A DNA stretch of 63,998 nucleotides, counting the filler, from Choristocarpus tenellus KU-1152 (Eukaryota; Protista; Phaeophyceae), in NCBI GenBank assembly GCA_964200185.2. It is 12 parts of 12 records of this genome, joined end to end, with 100 filler letters (N's around TTAATTAATTAA, not from the genome) between each part and the next. Parts side by side here need not be neighbours in the genome. Positions count along the whole stretch, not along the records: positions 5,917 to 14,564 come from CAXNAD020004483.1; positions 14,665 to 17,851 come from CAXNAD020021683.1; positions 17,952 to 23,568 come from CAXNAD020010236.1; positions 23,669 to 27,378 come from CAXNAD020018376.1; 8 more parts are not named here. One strand, 5' to 3'. Made by a program: the position numbers and the translations under genes. The notes under the pieces were generated by a model. The model did not search any database, was not told the DNA's origin, and saw only the letters and a list, made by a program, of their open reading frames with translations. Positions 11,912 to 23,732 of the stretch are shown piece after piece. The stretch's first letter is position 1. Every line of letters begins with the position of its first letter.

Positions 11912-12089
11912 GACCCAAAGTATCTGGGGGGGGGAAGGGGTCTACACCAGAGTGTCCATTTGGGCCAAAATCGGGAAAAGCGTTTTTACATTATCCATTC
12001 GACGTATGCAACCAAATCACCAAAAAGTTGCGACATGAAAAAATTGTCCCCAAATAGACAGCCGCCACCCCCCCCAGATACTTTGAGTC
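11912..12089 (-). mobile_element. MITE family A, full copy in inverted orientation
   Basis: Reverse complement of 11277-11455: GACCCAAAGTATCTGGGG...CCCCAGATACTTTGAGTC. Confidence 0.85.
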
Positions 12090-12289
12090 AAACATGAGAA
12101 TTGACCAAAAAAGACAAGCCGTCCTCCTGTACCCTGTCACGTATCATGAAAAAAAACTCTAATCAAGATGTAAAGCACGGCCCCAAACACATTTATCTAA
12201 ACAACACTTCCCAAAACCTTTCCAACATCCTTCAATCATGAATAATAGGAAGAACACACTGTGAACACACTTAAGCAACACCACCCACG

Positions 12290-13330
12290 GCAGAATGCAG
12301 AAAATAACACCCTAGCACATGTCCAATCCTCTGCCTACGGTCTTCAGCACCTCTGATCAGATGACCTCTTAGAGAGTTCTCCACTAATGCGATGGACCAT
12401 CCCTGGACAAGACACATTTCCTGTGGAAGAACCTTGCACAGTCCCAGTACCAGGCTTTATTTCGTTGCATTCAATGATGATCATCTCTGTAATAGTACCA
12501 GTTTGGTAGAGGTGTAATATCACACAAGAAACTCAAAATATAATGCTTCATATCACACAGCACAAATGGCATTCAGTACATACCTCGAAAAATTATGAAA
12601 ACCAACAAGGTCGGCCAATGCCATCTTGCTAGGTGTGCCAAACAGGTTCCCAGTTACCACGGTCAGTCTGACTGCCTACGGATGTATCCCGATGTTCATC
12701 ATTGAATGTCTGGCCATGATGGGAGCTGCTTGATACCAAGCATAATGTCACGACCATGATTCAGTGCCTACTTCCTGGAATGCTGGTTTAGGTTGTTCGT
12801 AGAGTGTACTGCTTCACCACAAAGAAGAAGATAATGGTGAGGTAGTAGAATATGCTTTATCAAGTTGCAGCGAAGAGCGAGTCCTATCCATAAGGGGAGG
12901 GCTGTCCTACCCTTGATAATCATCCTAGCGAACAATCTTAGGAGCTACCTAATAATATACTCCTAGAACATACTCAAGCATCACGATATTCTAACATTCC
13001 TTTCCATCGCTTACATCTCATTCTAGTCGCACTCTCTTCCTACAAAAACGTTTCTTACTTCGTGTGTGCTAATTGCAACATTGAGTGTGTGCAGTACTAC
13101 AACCCATATGTCACTATACGAGCATAAGCCACAGAGGTCTCGTCTGGTGTTCCATCCAGGAAGAGACTCTTGTGACATGAAAGGTGAACAAAACAGTATA
13201 ACACACTACACAAAAACGAGAGGCATGTGTTGCACGACACTCTTGAGACGAGGTGCATGTTCACAGTGCAAAAGCAAGAGGCTTGGAGTTGTGCGACAAC
13301 CTGAGCCAAACATCAACACATTAACTAAAC
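12290..13330 (-). mobile_element. Degraded, internally deleted Ty1/copia relic
   Basis: DLCG (~13135), LMDRTRSSL...SSLW*/EAVHST (integrase C-half, ~12890-12800) and RNase H-end-like remnants (~12430-12340). Confidence 0.4.
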
Positions 13331-14346
13331 GTTACCTGGAACTGTTGGGATATGGTTAGTGTATATTGTGGCTGATAGTGCAAGCGTTTGAACCGTATGT
13401 TGGGTTGTTCAGTTGGGTGATTTCTGATGATGATTGAGAGAGTGTGATGAGGAACTACTGTCATATATATTTTTTCTCAGAGCACTTAGCATTCTGAGGT
13501 CAGAGTGGATTATTGAAACCCAGACTGACATTTCCTAGGAATTTAATTTTCTTGGACATTGAGTTCTGTGAGAGATGGAACTGGAATTGAGTTTCTCACG
13601 TATACCGTAGTTTGTGGGTGATCGGGATCTTGTTGAAATGAAGACTTACCTCATGCAGTGTCATGTGCGTAGGCGTGATCTGTTGGCATTTAAGAGGTGT
13701 CGTGGGCTTGATGATGTATCTCTTTTTTTTTTGCGTAATCCCGTATGCTCTATCCTTACCTGTGTTGTCTTCTGTAGCACCAGTACTGGTACCACGACAA
13801 ATACTACAATAGTATTGAGGAGGACAAAAATAGACAGAAGAACAGATAGAGTGAGTTATGTTGGAGGAACGAGAGAGAGGGAAACTGTCAGGTCCAGGAC
13901 CAACATCATTATATAAAAGACTGATCATGGATTGATGCTTTCGGCACTTCACTCATCATCACAATGTGTGCATCTCACGAGACAACGAGTGAACAAATAA
14001 TGTGTCAGTAGTGGTTTTAGTAGTAGCAGTGGAAGTAGCAGCTACTACAACTAGTACCGAGTGGTGGCAATCCTGAGAGAAGGGACATACAAAATCAAAG
14101 CACTCATTGTTGGCTGTTCTGATACAACAATGTGAGAAGAACAACGGGGACTCACCCCGCAACGACAAGAACAGATACAAAAAACAAAAATTAACATTAC
14201 TTCCTCACCTAGATCCACCTACTTCGCCCACAGGCCTAAAAAATCCCAAGTGATTGTGAGCAGCTATAACAATAATCCCTACGTCGGACAAATCAAACCC
14301 AATTTGTGGCGTACAAAACGATTTCCGTTAAATCAAAGCCGTTCCT

Positions 14347-14504
14347 GGCTCAAAGTATCTGGGAGGGGGTGGCGGCTGTCCACTTGGGGTCAATTTTTCA
14401 TCTTGCGATTTTTGGGTGATTTGGTTGCGTACGTCAGATGGAAAATGGAAGTGAACATTTCCTTGCTATGGTCCAAATGGACACCCTGGTGCAGACCTTC
14501 CCCC
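14347..14504 (+). mobile_element. MITE family A, lacking the right TIR. Further partial copies at 14867-14928, 17777-17851, 30939-30977 and 56990-57030
   Basis: GGCTCAAAGTATCTGGG...gctgtccacttggggtcaatttttc...ccaaatggacaccctgg aligns to 11277-11455. Confidence 0.85.
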
Positions 14505-14664
14505 TGTTCGATTAGACTCTTCCAACTCTATCGGACAGTTACGGTAATTATTTATGGAGTAATGNNNNNNNNNNNNNNNNNNNNNNNNNNNNNNNNNNNN
14601 NNNNNNNNTTAATTAATTAANNNNNNNNNNNNNNNNNNNNNNNNNNNNNNNNNNNNNNNNNNNN

Positions 14665-14866
14665 CTTCCTAACAAACACAATAGCCAAAATTACATCACA
14701 ATCGCAACATTGGATTTTGACCCCCATTTGGACGCGGTCGTACCCTCTAAGATACTTTGACTCTGAAATTTTTCGGAGTAGGTAAAATGTCATAAAAACC
14801 CATGGGAAGCCAAGCCCCAAATGGACAAACAGGGCAAAACTCATGCCCTCTAAGATGCTTTCACTC
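14665..14866. mobile_element. MITE family B, two joined half-copies nested in a family A copy
   Basis: ...taccctctaagatactttGACTC is followed directly by tgaaatttttcggagtaggtaaaatg...ccctctaagatgctttCACTC. Both halves align to 34771-35028, in opposite orientations. Confidence 0.8.
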
Positions 14867-15279
14867 GATTTTGGTCCGAATGGACACCCTTGTGTAAGCC
14901 TCCCCCAACCCCCCAGATACTTTGGGTCAGCACTGCGTTATCAGCTACATCCCCTGCGAGACGGTTGCCCTTGGCGATGACTGTATTGCAACCAAAAGAG
15001 AATGGACATTTAGATGCAGCTGAAGTGATCTGTGCAGGCAAATTCTTCTCTGCCATGACTTACTCAGAGCGAAAGTAAAGGAGAGCTACCCAGGTTTAGT
15101 CATTGTGAATTTTATGCCATAGTTTTCATCTCTTCCAATTGACCCTTATTTCTGTGGACGAAGTGCTAAATATTTATTTGAGAACATTGGTTTCTCTATT
15201 GTTTTTTCATTTTACAGAAAGTTCCTATACTCATCAATACAAAACTAAAAATTTGCCCATTTTTGTCAGTATCCTTAAA

Positions 15280-16200
15280 ATGCATCCCTGGGTTCCTCTT
15301 GTTTACTTTGACTCTCAACTCTCCAAGAACGACCTCCTTTGCCTTCGACCATTTGAAGGGACAATCAAGTTCCTCTGCTATGCCCGCATCCAGTGGTTTC
15401 ATACCACTGCATAACACGAGGTGGTATTTGTAGTTTGTCCTCATACACGATCTTCAACCACACCCTCTTTTGGGCACTCCCCCCACCTCCATCTACGATG
15501 GAGGACACCCCATCATTCTGCTACTGTGACGTCTTGGTTACCTTTTTGAGCACCTCAGTCATAGTGAACTTGTTGTTTTCTCATCTTCATCAGAGGAGGT
15601 CTATTCCACTTGAAGGTAACCTTTCTCCTCGAATTTGGTCCTAACTTTGAAACCTGAAGGACAAGAAATAATGGACAAAAGAATGAGTGACATTGAAAAG
15701 GAGGAACTAGGTGGGAGAGGGGATAGAGTCAGACCTTCTGGGAGAAGGACTAAGAAGGCAGACACAAGGCAATTTTCGAGCAATCATTCCCCAGGGGATA
15801 GAGGGAGTGCAGCAAAAGGTGTGTGTGCTCAGCAAACGAAGGAGTATGATAAAGCTAGGCATTGGTGGCGAAATTTACAGAATCAGGCATATTGTTATGG
15901 TGGTATCTGCTGGAAGATGATTGTTGAGGAACGAGAGCAGTGCTAGGGTTGGTACATGGGGATAGATACATCGGCTCGTAGTCGGATATAAACCGATAGT
16001 CATAGCTTTTCTCGCTCTGGTTGCAAGCGTCGGATATTCCTTGACATCCTCGAAAGAACCGACAGACTGGTGCACATATTAAGGTGGAAACTGGTTGTAT
16101 ACCCTGTAAAAGACATACAAAGTAATCGGGGGAACATCGAGTGTACATAACAGCCGTAGGTTGTATCGTTCCGGTCGCTGACATTGTTTTTCCTTGGCAT
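15280..16200 (+). mobile_element. Degraded Ty1/copia relic
   Basis: PWVPLVYF...RPFEGTIKFLCY (integrase SH3-like); PQGIEGVQQKVCVL and YDKARHWWRNL (RT); LVHGDRY (in the position of xVDD); PVADIVF (RNase H end). Confidence 0.5.
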
Positions 16201-17981
16201 CCTTCAAAGTATTACGGTTCATCGTAGGGTCGTACGTAGTGTGATACTCCGTGTGAATATTAGAATTGGAGGGTCTAGGGTGAAAATAGAGTTGGATCTA
16301 CGGGTAGATAACCTCTTGTGGAGACCTGGTTTTAAGTTTCAATGTCAGAGGGCATAATAATAAAAATATTATATTTGTCAATGATATTTTTATGTTGGTT
16401 CGTTTGCAATTTTGGATTTTCCTTGGCATATATGATGAAATCGGCAAATTATGTCAATGGTAGGCCAGTAATATACTGGTTTGATAACCCGTGCAAGTCA
16501 TAATTGGCGGGACATCGGGTCTACTTTGATTAGTTGAAGATTGTGACTTTCCTGTCGCCTGTTTGTAGTTTCACGCATAATATATAGAATTAACTGAAAC
16601 ACTTCGAATCGGAGTGACAGATCATCCAACTAAAGGGGACCGGAAAGACCCACAGGAGGAATGGAAAAGGAGAAAGACAAGGTAGGAGGGGGAGCAACTC
16701 TCACAAGTCCACTCAGGGAAAGAGTGAATAGGGGAAGTGAATGAGGGAGGCTTGTAAGCTCCACTCTGATACTGACGTCAGCAGGAAACAAATGTTGATG
16801 TCATAAGTGAGGTAGCAGATGTGAGGTATATCTACTAAACACGAAAGGCACTTCAAAGGTATACCTTGGTTCGAAGGTCCTTGTCACAATTACAAACATC
16901 TTTACAACAGTAATAAATACTTTTTTTTCGCATGGTAAATGTACCTCTTGTTGTTCAACCTCAATACATCTCTTTGTTATGCGAGGTGTAATAGTAGTAT
17001 CTGTGCGCTAGTATTTCTTCCCGCGCTTGAACCGGTGCGAGCATTGTACACGCGTGGGGAACCCCAAAAGGGGGAACTCCAATTTGCTAAAAAGTTCCAG
17101 AATAAAATCTGTAACTCGGGAAAGTCGCAAGGGTTCCCATATGGAAAGGTCGTAAGGGTTCTCAGATATATTCCAATGTCTGTAAACCAAAGAAGCTTTA
17201 ACGGTAAATGATGATAAGAGATCCTAGAAACGGCTCAAAATGGCTCAGTTCGGGTCAAAAGAGACCCACCTAAAGCACTCTCTATCTGATACCAATAAAC
17301 ATTCCATATGCTGATTGATTCACTGAGAGTATCCCTATTCTGCTGAGCTGACGTTCATTAACCTGTGGATTGGACCCCCCCTTGACTGTCGGAGTATCCA
17401 GGGAGCATTGTACGAGCATCATCAGTGTCATCTATAGACCTGTGGATTGGAGCTACACATCCTGTGGAGGTAAGCTTCTGGAGCGTGCCTGTAACATATC
17501 TTAAGAGTACTATTTTAATGATCCATGCTTAACTAGAGCATGTCACCCAATAAAGGATGGCACTTATTCTTACCTTGAAACAAGAGGGAAAGCTCAAGAG
17601 GGGAATCTGAGTTTTTGTGAGTGTGACAATTCGACAAGGGAAAACGCGTGAAGTAACCTGAGCCTTGGCAAAAATAGAAGAAAAGAATAAGAGGGTAGAC
17701 GAAACATTAGGGACGGAATGACTGGGGAAACAGACCATGTGATAATGAAGTTGAAGGGAAATGAGGGGTAAGTGGAGAGCCAAAGTATTTGGGGGGGGGG
17801 AGGGGTCTACACCAGGGTGTCCATTTGGGTCAAAATAAGGAAAAGTGCGTTNNNNNNNNNNNNNNNNNNNNNNNNNNNNNNNNNNNNNNNNNNNNTTAAT
17901 TAATTAANNNNNNNNNNNNNNNNNNNNNNNNNNNNNNNNNNNNNNNNNNNNTTTGTGGGTGTCTGAGGGAGGTTTGGTTGG

Positions 17982-18037
<56 letters not shown>

Positions 18038-18355
18038 TGAATCTGTTATGACGGGTTGTGATTGGTTCATGAATTGTGTTGCAGCAACAGGTGGTCTTTC
18101 AGTTTGCTTTCATGGCGTGTATAGGTGAAGGTGTCTGTCTGTTGTGCACCAATTGTATTGAAATGTTGAATGACTTGAATTTCGATATTTGTAAGAACAT
18201 CAGTTTATTGAAATACCATTCGAGGAGATCTAGCAGAGGGTGTATAAGGGTGTCAACTGACCCCACTCCAACTCATCTCTCCCCAAATGTGTTGAATCAT
18301 ACCCCATCCTCCCACTTGACACTTGACACTTGACACTTGAATCATACCTCACCAG

Positions 18356-21300
18356 GAACAGGCAAAGCTGGGGAACGGTTCTTGAAATATGCAGGTGTTG
18401 TGGAGAGTGAGGCAAGACAGGTAAGACAAGGGAAATATCTAATAATTTTGATGCTGTACAAGACTTTGTGGGAAAGGGTTTGGTTTGTTGACTGTTCTTC
18501 TTGTTGGGTAGTAAGCTGGAGCTTTTGGCGGGGAAGAGTGAATGCTGATTTGTATGATGGGTTTTGGAGGCAGTTTGGTATTTGTAGGAGTTTTGCTGAA
18601 GCTGGGAAGGGCGAAGGAGGGGGTGAGGGGGTGACTAATTGACTTGTCTCATGAAGAATGGTTATCATAATCAGTATCACAATCATTATCATAATCATAA
18701 TCAGTATCATCAGTTTTCTACGTATGTGTATCAGGGGGGTATTTTAGTCTTTGTGATAGAGAATGGGACATATGTGATTCTGTCTGTTCTAAATTTGTTC
18801 CTTTCAAGTTGAGATACTGTTTATTGTTAGGGTGTGACAAGTTGTACTTGTTTATTCCATTGGGACATGCTATGATTGCCAGTTTAGCGTAGTGTACGGT
18901 AGGTGAGGTTATCTGCATTTTGGCTGGTGCAAGGTTATTTGACTCAACACATAGATGAGTTGATCCATCCGGTGGCTTTGAGCACCATTTGAATTGTGGT
19001 AGGATGTGCATTGGGACTTAGTGATAGGATGCCCTTGCTTCACTCTCGTACAACACAAAATATAATAAAAGAACATTTTGTATTCCTCGTGTTGTTCCAT
19101 TTACCAACTAAAAATCAGATCACCATTCTGTCTTGTGTCATGTGAATTGGCCTTTCTTGATTCTTCCAGACTTGCTCAAATCTGTTGGTCAATAGCGTCC
19201 AGTACTGCACAAAGGATGTGCAGAAAACTGTCAAGGATCTGTTGGAATTCATGGATGGATACAACAGTGGTGAAGTGGAACCTGTGAGGCAGATGGATAC
19301 TGACCCTACCAAGAAGACTCCACCGTCTGTGGCAACACCTTAATAACATGTTTCCATATGACGTGTCAAAGTCGAAAGGGTATTCAGGAGTGGAGAAATG
19401 GATGCAGGAAGGGACTTAGTGGGGGGGGGGGGAGGAGATAAGGCACACAGAGATACCCCTTGGCACTGTTTGAATGAACGTCAAGTACTCATTGCGGGTT
19501 AAGAGGTGTTGGCCCTTTACGTCATTTAGAACCCTGCCGCCCTGACTCCCCTCCCACGAAAAACACACAAGACACATAAAAGCTACCTACCTCCCTGTTT
19601 CTTAACCCTTGTCATTGAAAGAACATTACCAGTCCAACCCAAGTTTTGTGCGGAGGCCCAGTTTGCGCCATCCGATTTTGTAAGTATTGCATAGTGCTGT
19701 TGTATTACAATATAGGACTTGATGCGTGCATGAGGAGAGGAGTGGAGAGTTAGAGGGGATGTGGTGGAGGGTGCAATCATATCAGCAGTTCAGCAGAAGG
19801 TGCCAAAATCGGTTACGAGCTTGACATTTTTCCTGCGGTAGAGGCGTTTTGGTCTGGTTCTCCCCCTCTGTCAAGTAGATAAATCAATAGTTAGCTATAG
19901 TAGTTGTTTCTCTTCATGTGTTCATGTGAGGAAGGGGCAGTGGGCACCGCTGGAGGTCTCAAGGGGACTGTGTGGCAGGCTAAGTGGCGTGCTCTCAGAG
20001 ATCATTGGAGGATCGTTGGTGCAAGGGAGGAAGGGAAAGGGGGGGTGAGGGGGGGGTGAGTTCTACTCATGAATCACAATAAAACCTTACCCACTTGCTC
20101 TTTTACAAGGGAGAGAAAGGTGAAGTGGGTTGGTTGTTGGAGGCAAGAGGGGCAATGAAGATGAGGTCCTCTTTGGTGCATGGTAGGCACAGATTAATAA
20201 GTTTTCCTTTTAAGTATGTGAATGTCATGGTCAGGTGAGATAGTGGGGATATATTTGAGGGTCCAGTCAGGAGGGGTTCAGTGATTGTCAAGGTGGGGAA
20301 AGTGTGTTTTGTGATGTTGTCCGTCCTATTTTTTTTGTGACATGTCACTATTGGCTTTGCCTCCTTGATACATGCATCTCACCCAGAGTACAAAGTTAAC
20401 AGCTGATGGGATACATACAGCATTGTGTAAGAGGCTGAGTGATTTGTGCAAGTTGGGAATATAGTTGGAGAAGTCACAGGATTGATCTTGATGGTGATCT
20501 TGATGGTGATCTTGATAGCACAAGGGATGAATGAACCTATGGTAGCTTGATGAGTGTATGGGTGAATAGTGGAGGGAGGGGAGTGGGGGGCTGTGATGGT
20601 TGGGTGGAGTATGTGTCGCACAACAACAATTTTGGTGTTTTCAGGTGACGATTACTTTTAGCCCACAGTATAAGGATGATCATTGGAAGGTGCTGTGTGA
20701 GCTCTTTGTAGAGCAGACAGAGGGGGTGAGTGATGGGAAAGAGGTTGGATGAAGCACAGAGAAGAGAGGGAAGGAAGAGATGAGATTAGAAAAGTGTGTG
20801 TGTGGGGGGGGGGGGGGCAGAGATAGAAGAGGGAAGAAAGTGAAAGACCCTCTTCCTAGAGGCTGGAGTAAGAGGAAGGAATTTGAGGCCTCCGTGAGGA
20901 GATGCAGTGACATAACGTTTGGATAGGTATGGAGGGAGTTGCATTTTTACAGTATGAAGGGGCCTTTATTGGTGTGCATGTTTTCTGGAGCCACATGAAG
21001 TGAAAAGAGACTAGAGTGCATAGGGTGCTCTTGTTTGTGGGGGAGGAGAGGGGGGGTTGAAGGAAGGAGAGGCTTTGTTTTATATCTCGTTTTTCAGAGA
21101 TTGAATGTGAGGGTAGTGATAAGTGAGTTGAGTTCATACAGAGTAGATGCACTGCCATGTGGACATAGGAAACCTTTTTGGAAGGGAGTCTGAGGGTCAA
21201 TGAACAGGTGACCCCAAAGTCAGGCAGAGGGTAGGAGTAGGGGATGAAGGGGACCACTGTGTGTGGCGTCAGAGAGAGAGAGGCGCTGCATCGATAATAA

Positions 21301-21965
21301 CTCGCTTGTAATGGTACTTGGGTCTGATGTGCTGGCTAAAAGGTGTCAAGGAGGAGCGTTGGCCATGTGCTTAAACGGCGGCAGTAGTATTTAATTTGTA
21401 CCCTACTATTTATTATGAGGTACTGGGTGTACCTGAGCATCCGAAAGCTTTGGTTGGGTGTGGTGCACTCTGTAGCTGGGCACATTAAGCATAAATTTAG
21501 GAACTGGGCTCATATGTTTCAGATATTTTGAGAGGATCATGCTCTGTTACCATCCTTTTGTGTTATTATTGATGAAATCCTCTCCTCAGTAGCTTTTTCA
21601 TTTTCCATTGTAGTAATTTTCTTTTTCCCAAGGTGTTGGTACCTACGATTACAATACTCCCCACCATTGTTGCCATTGTCCCAATTTGTAAGGGTGGTTT
21701 TTGAGCACTGACTTCATGGAGTTGAAATTAGGATATCCAAGTTGTGTCAGGACAGACATCCCCCTCCCCCTCACCCCCTCAGTATGTGCTTTAGTTCCTT
21801 CACTCCACAAAACTGTAGCATCTATTGATAGAGCAGTGAAACTGGTTCAGTGCAGGGTCCTGGCTTGTCCTTCATTTAGATGTTATCCCCAGGAGAATTG
21901 AGGGGAGAGGATGCATACGTGTGTGTGCCCTTATCTTTTTCTTCTTTTTTCTAGTCTGGAAATGA
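18356..21965 (+). CDS. 3' part of a multi-exon gene ending in a hydrophobic tail. Exons 18356-18420, 19170-19283, 20645-20689, 21633-21687, 21955-21965
   Basis: Five AG/GT-bounded exons join in phase: GTGKAGERFLKYAGVVESEARQ|TCSNLLVNSVQYCTKDVQKTVKDLLEFMDGYNSGEVEP|VTITFSPQYKDDHWK|VLVPTITILPTIVAIVPI|FWK*. Confidence 0.65.
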
Positions 21966-22554
21966 CTGCATTCTAAGAGTTACCATTGCCACCCCTGCCC
22001 ACTGGCTGGAGGAACTACTTCGCTAATTAAAAAAACTTATGGGTGGAGACACAGTATAGGCATGGAAATATAAGAGGGAGTGCAGATAAGGTACATCATC
22101 ACTGTCATGATTAATAGCACTACTTGAAAAATACAGTAAACACAATGCAATCATGCATGTTCTGTCTAGATGGAACGAACCTTCATGTTGGTTGAGTTAT
22201 CAGTTTCATATTAAGCCATGTCCAGTCCAGTCTTGTGCTGTACCCAAACTAGGAAACAATAAAAAGTTCGAGTTGTACGGGGTTCAATTTATCGTAGCAG
22301 CAAGCGGCAAAAAGACAAATGTTTGGTCCAAGGAAAGCTCTGGGCAATGAATGGCTCATTATGCTGAATGCACCTCTTCAAAGTACCATAGTAGCAGCAG
22401 TAGCAGTAGTAGTAGTAGTAGTAGTAACATTTGGCTAAAGAAGAAAAAAAGTGCAATGCTTTACACCTCTAGTTTGTGTCTGAGTACTCGATGCAAGAGG
22501 AACTCAGCTACATGCAAAAATTACGGCATATAAATACATTTGACCCTGCCTCTT

Positions 22555-23568
22555 TCAAGGACAGAGCCACCCAGCCGAGGGATTGTACTGCTCCCCAAAG
22601 GTAACAATTTGAGACTCTTCTTCCATTGGATTGGGATCTGCCGCTCCAGGCTCAGGCATCCTCACATGCCTCCCTGCCTGCCCTTGGCGCCAAAGTGCCT
22701 GTTGAGAAACAAGGAGGAAGGGTTGACATAGTGAACCACGAAGTGTTCTTGTGAAGAGAATGCAGACACTAGAAAATACAATTGAACCAACTAAACAGTA
22801 GCACAAAAACGAAATATAAATGTAAAGGCAATGCGACAAAATATTGAAGACAGTCACAGTAACTGTCCAGTATGCTACAGAGACCACATACCACCTCACA
22901 TCCCAAACAGTAAGACTTACCAGCACGCACGCAATAACTTGATAACAATTTGTACTGGGCTGGGGTGGGCAGAGATCGAACTCATTGCACTGAAAGGGAA
23001 GAAAAAGGGCACGAAAGTTGACAACCCACACCTTGGGCTGCTGCCATCGCCGGTGTCTCCTGTCCCTCGACACTCCTCCTCCTGTTGGCCATGCCCCTGC
23101 CCCTGCCCCTGCCCCTGCCCCTGCCCCTGCCCCAAAATTTCCCTCCCCCCGCCCCCACCACTCAGGCTGCTCTCTTTCTGACGGCAATATCCCTAGTTTT
23201 GGTCTCTTGCTTTTCATTTTCTGCATGCCCTCTTCGCCACTGCTACTGTCATTATCCTCCCCTCCTCCCCCACCTTCCAACCTCTCCGATTCCTGCGAGG
23301 AAGAACTTTTGGCACAGTCTGAATAATCTTCATTCAACAGTTCATTTCCTTTCCTCACACTTGGTAGTGACGATGGGTCAATCTCCTTCTCAAGAGGCAG
23401 ACCCTCTGAGACAGAACTCAACTCAGTGATACTAAGCTGAGTCCCAGGTTGTGACCCTGTCGACAAACTTCCACCACAGCGATTACCCTTTTGTCTTGAC
23501 TCCAGGTCCAACCCTCCCATGGGCCCTGGTTCTGCTACAAGGCTGGGTCCACACCTTATCCCTGACCC
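22555..23568 (-). CDS. 3' end of a low-complexity G/S/E-rich protein. Exons 23032-23568 and 22555-22698
   Basis: Open frame to ...WQQPK|gtgtgg, then a pyrimidine tract and cag|ALWRQGQAG...WLCP*. A (GGGGCA)n repeat encodes GAGAGA. Confidence 0.6.
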   Translation of the reverse strand, partial: GSGIRCGPSLVAEPGPMGGLDLESRQKGNRCGGSLSTGSQPGTQLSITELSSVSEGLPLEKEIDPSSLPSVRKGNELLNEDYSDCAKSSSSQESERLEGGGGGEDNDSSSGEEGMQKMKSKRPKLGILPSEREQPEWWGRGEGNFGAGAGAGAGAGAGAWPTGGGVSRDRRHRRWQQPKVWVVNFRALFLPFQCNEFDLCPPQPSTNCYQVIACVLVSLTVWDVRWYVVSVAYWTVTVTVFNILSHCLYIYISFLCYCLVGSIVFSSVCILFTRTLRGSLCQPFLLVSQQALWRQGQAGRHVRMPEPGAADPNPMEEESQIVTFGEQYNPSAGWLCP

Positions 23569-23668
23569 NNNNNNNNNNNNNNNNNNNNNNNNNNNNNNNN
23601 NNNNNNNNNNNNTTAATTAATTAANNNNNNNNNNNNNNNNNNNNNNNNNNNNNNNNNNNNNNNNNNNN

Positions 23669-23732
23669 ATACATACATACATACATACATACATACATAC
23701 ATACATACATACATACATACATACATACATAC
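23669..23732. repeat. (ATAC)n microsatellite
   Basis: About 16 perfect units at the contig start. Confidence 0.97.
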
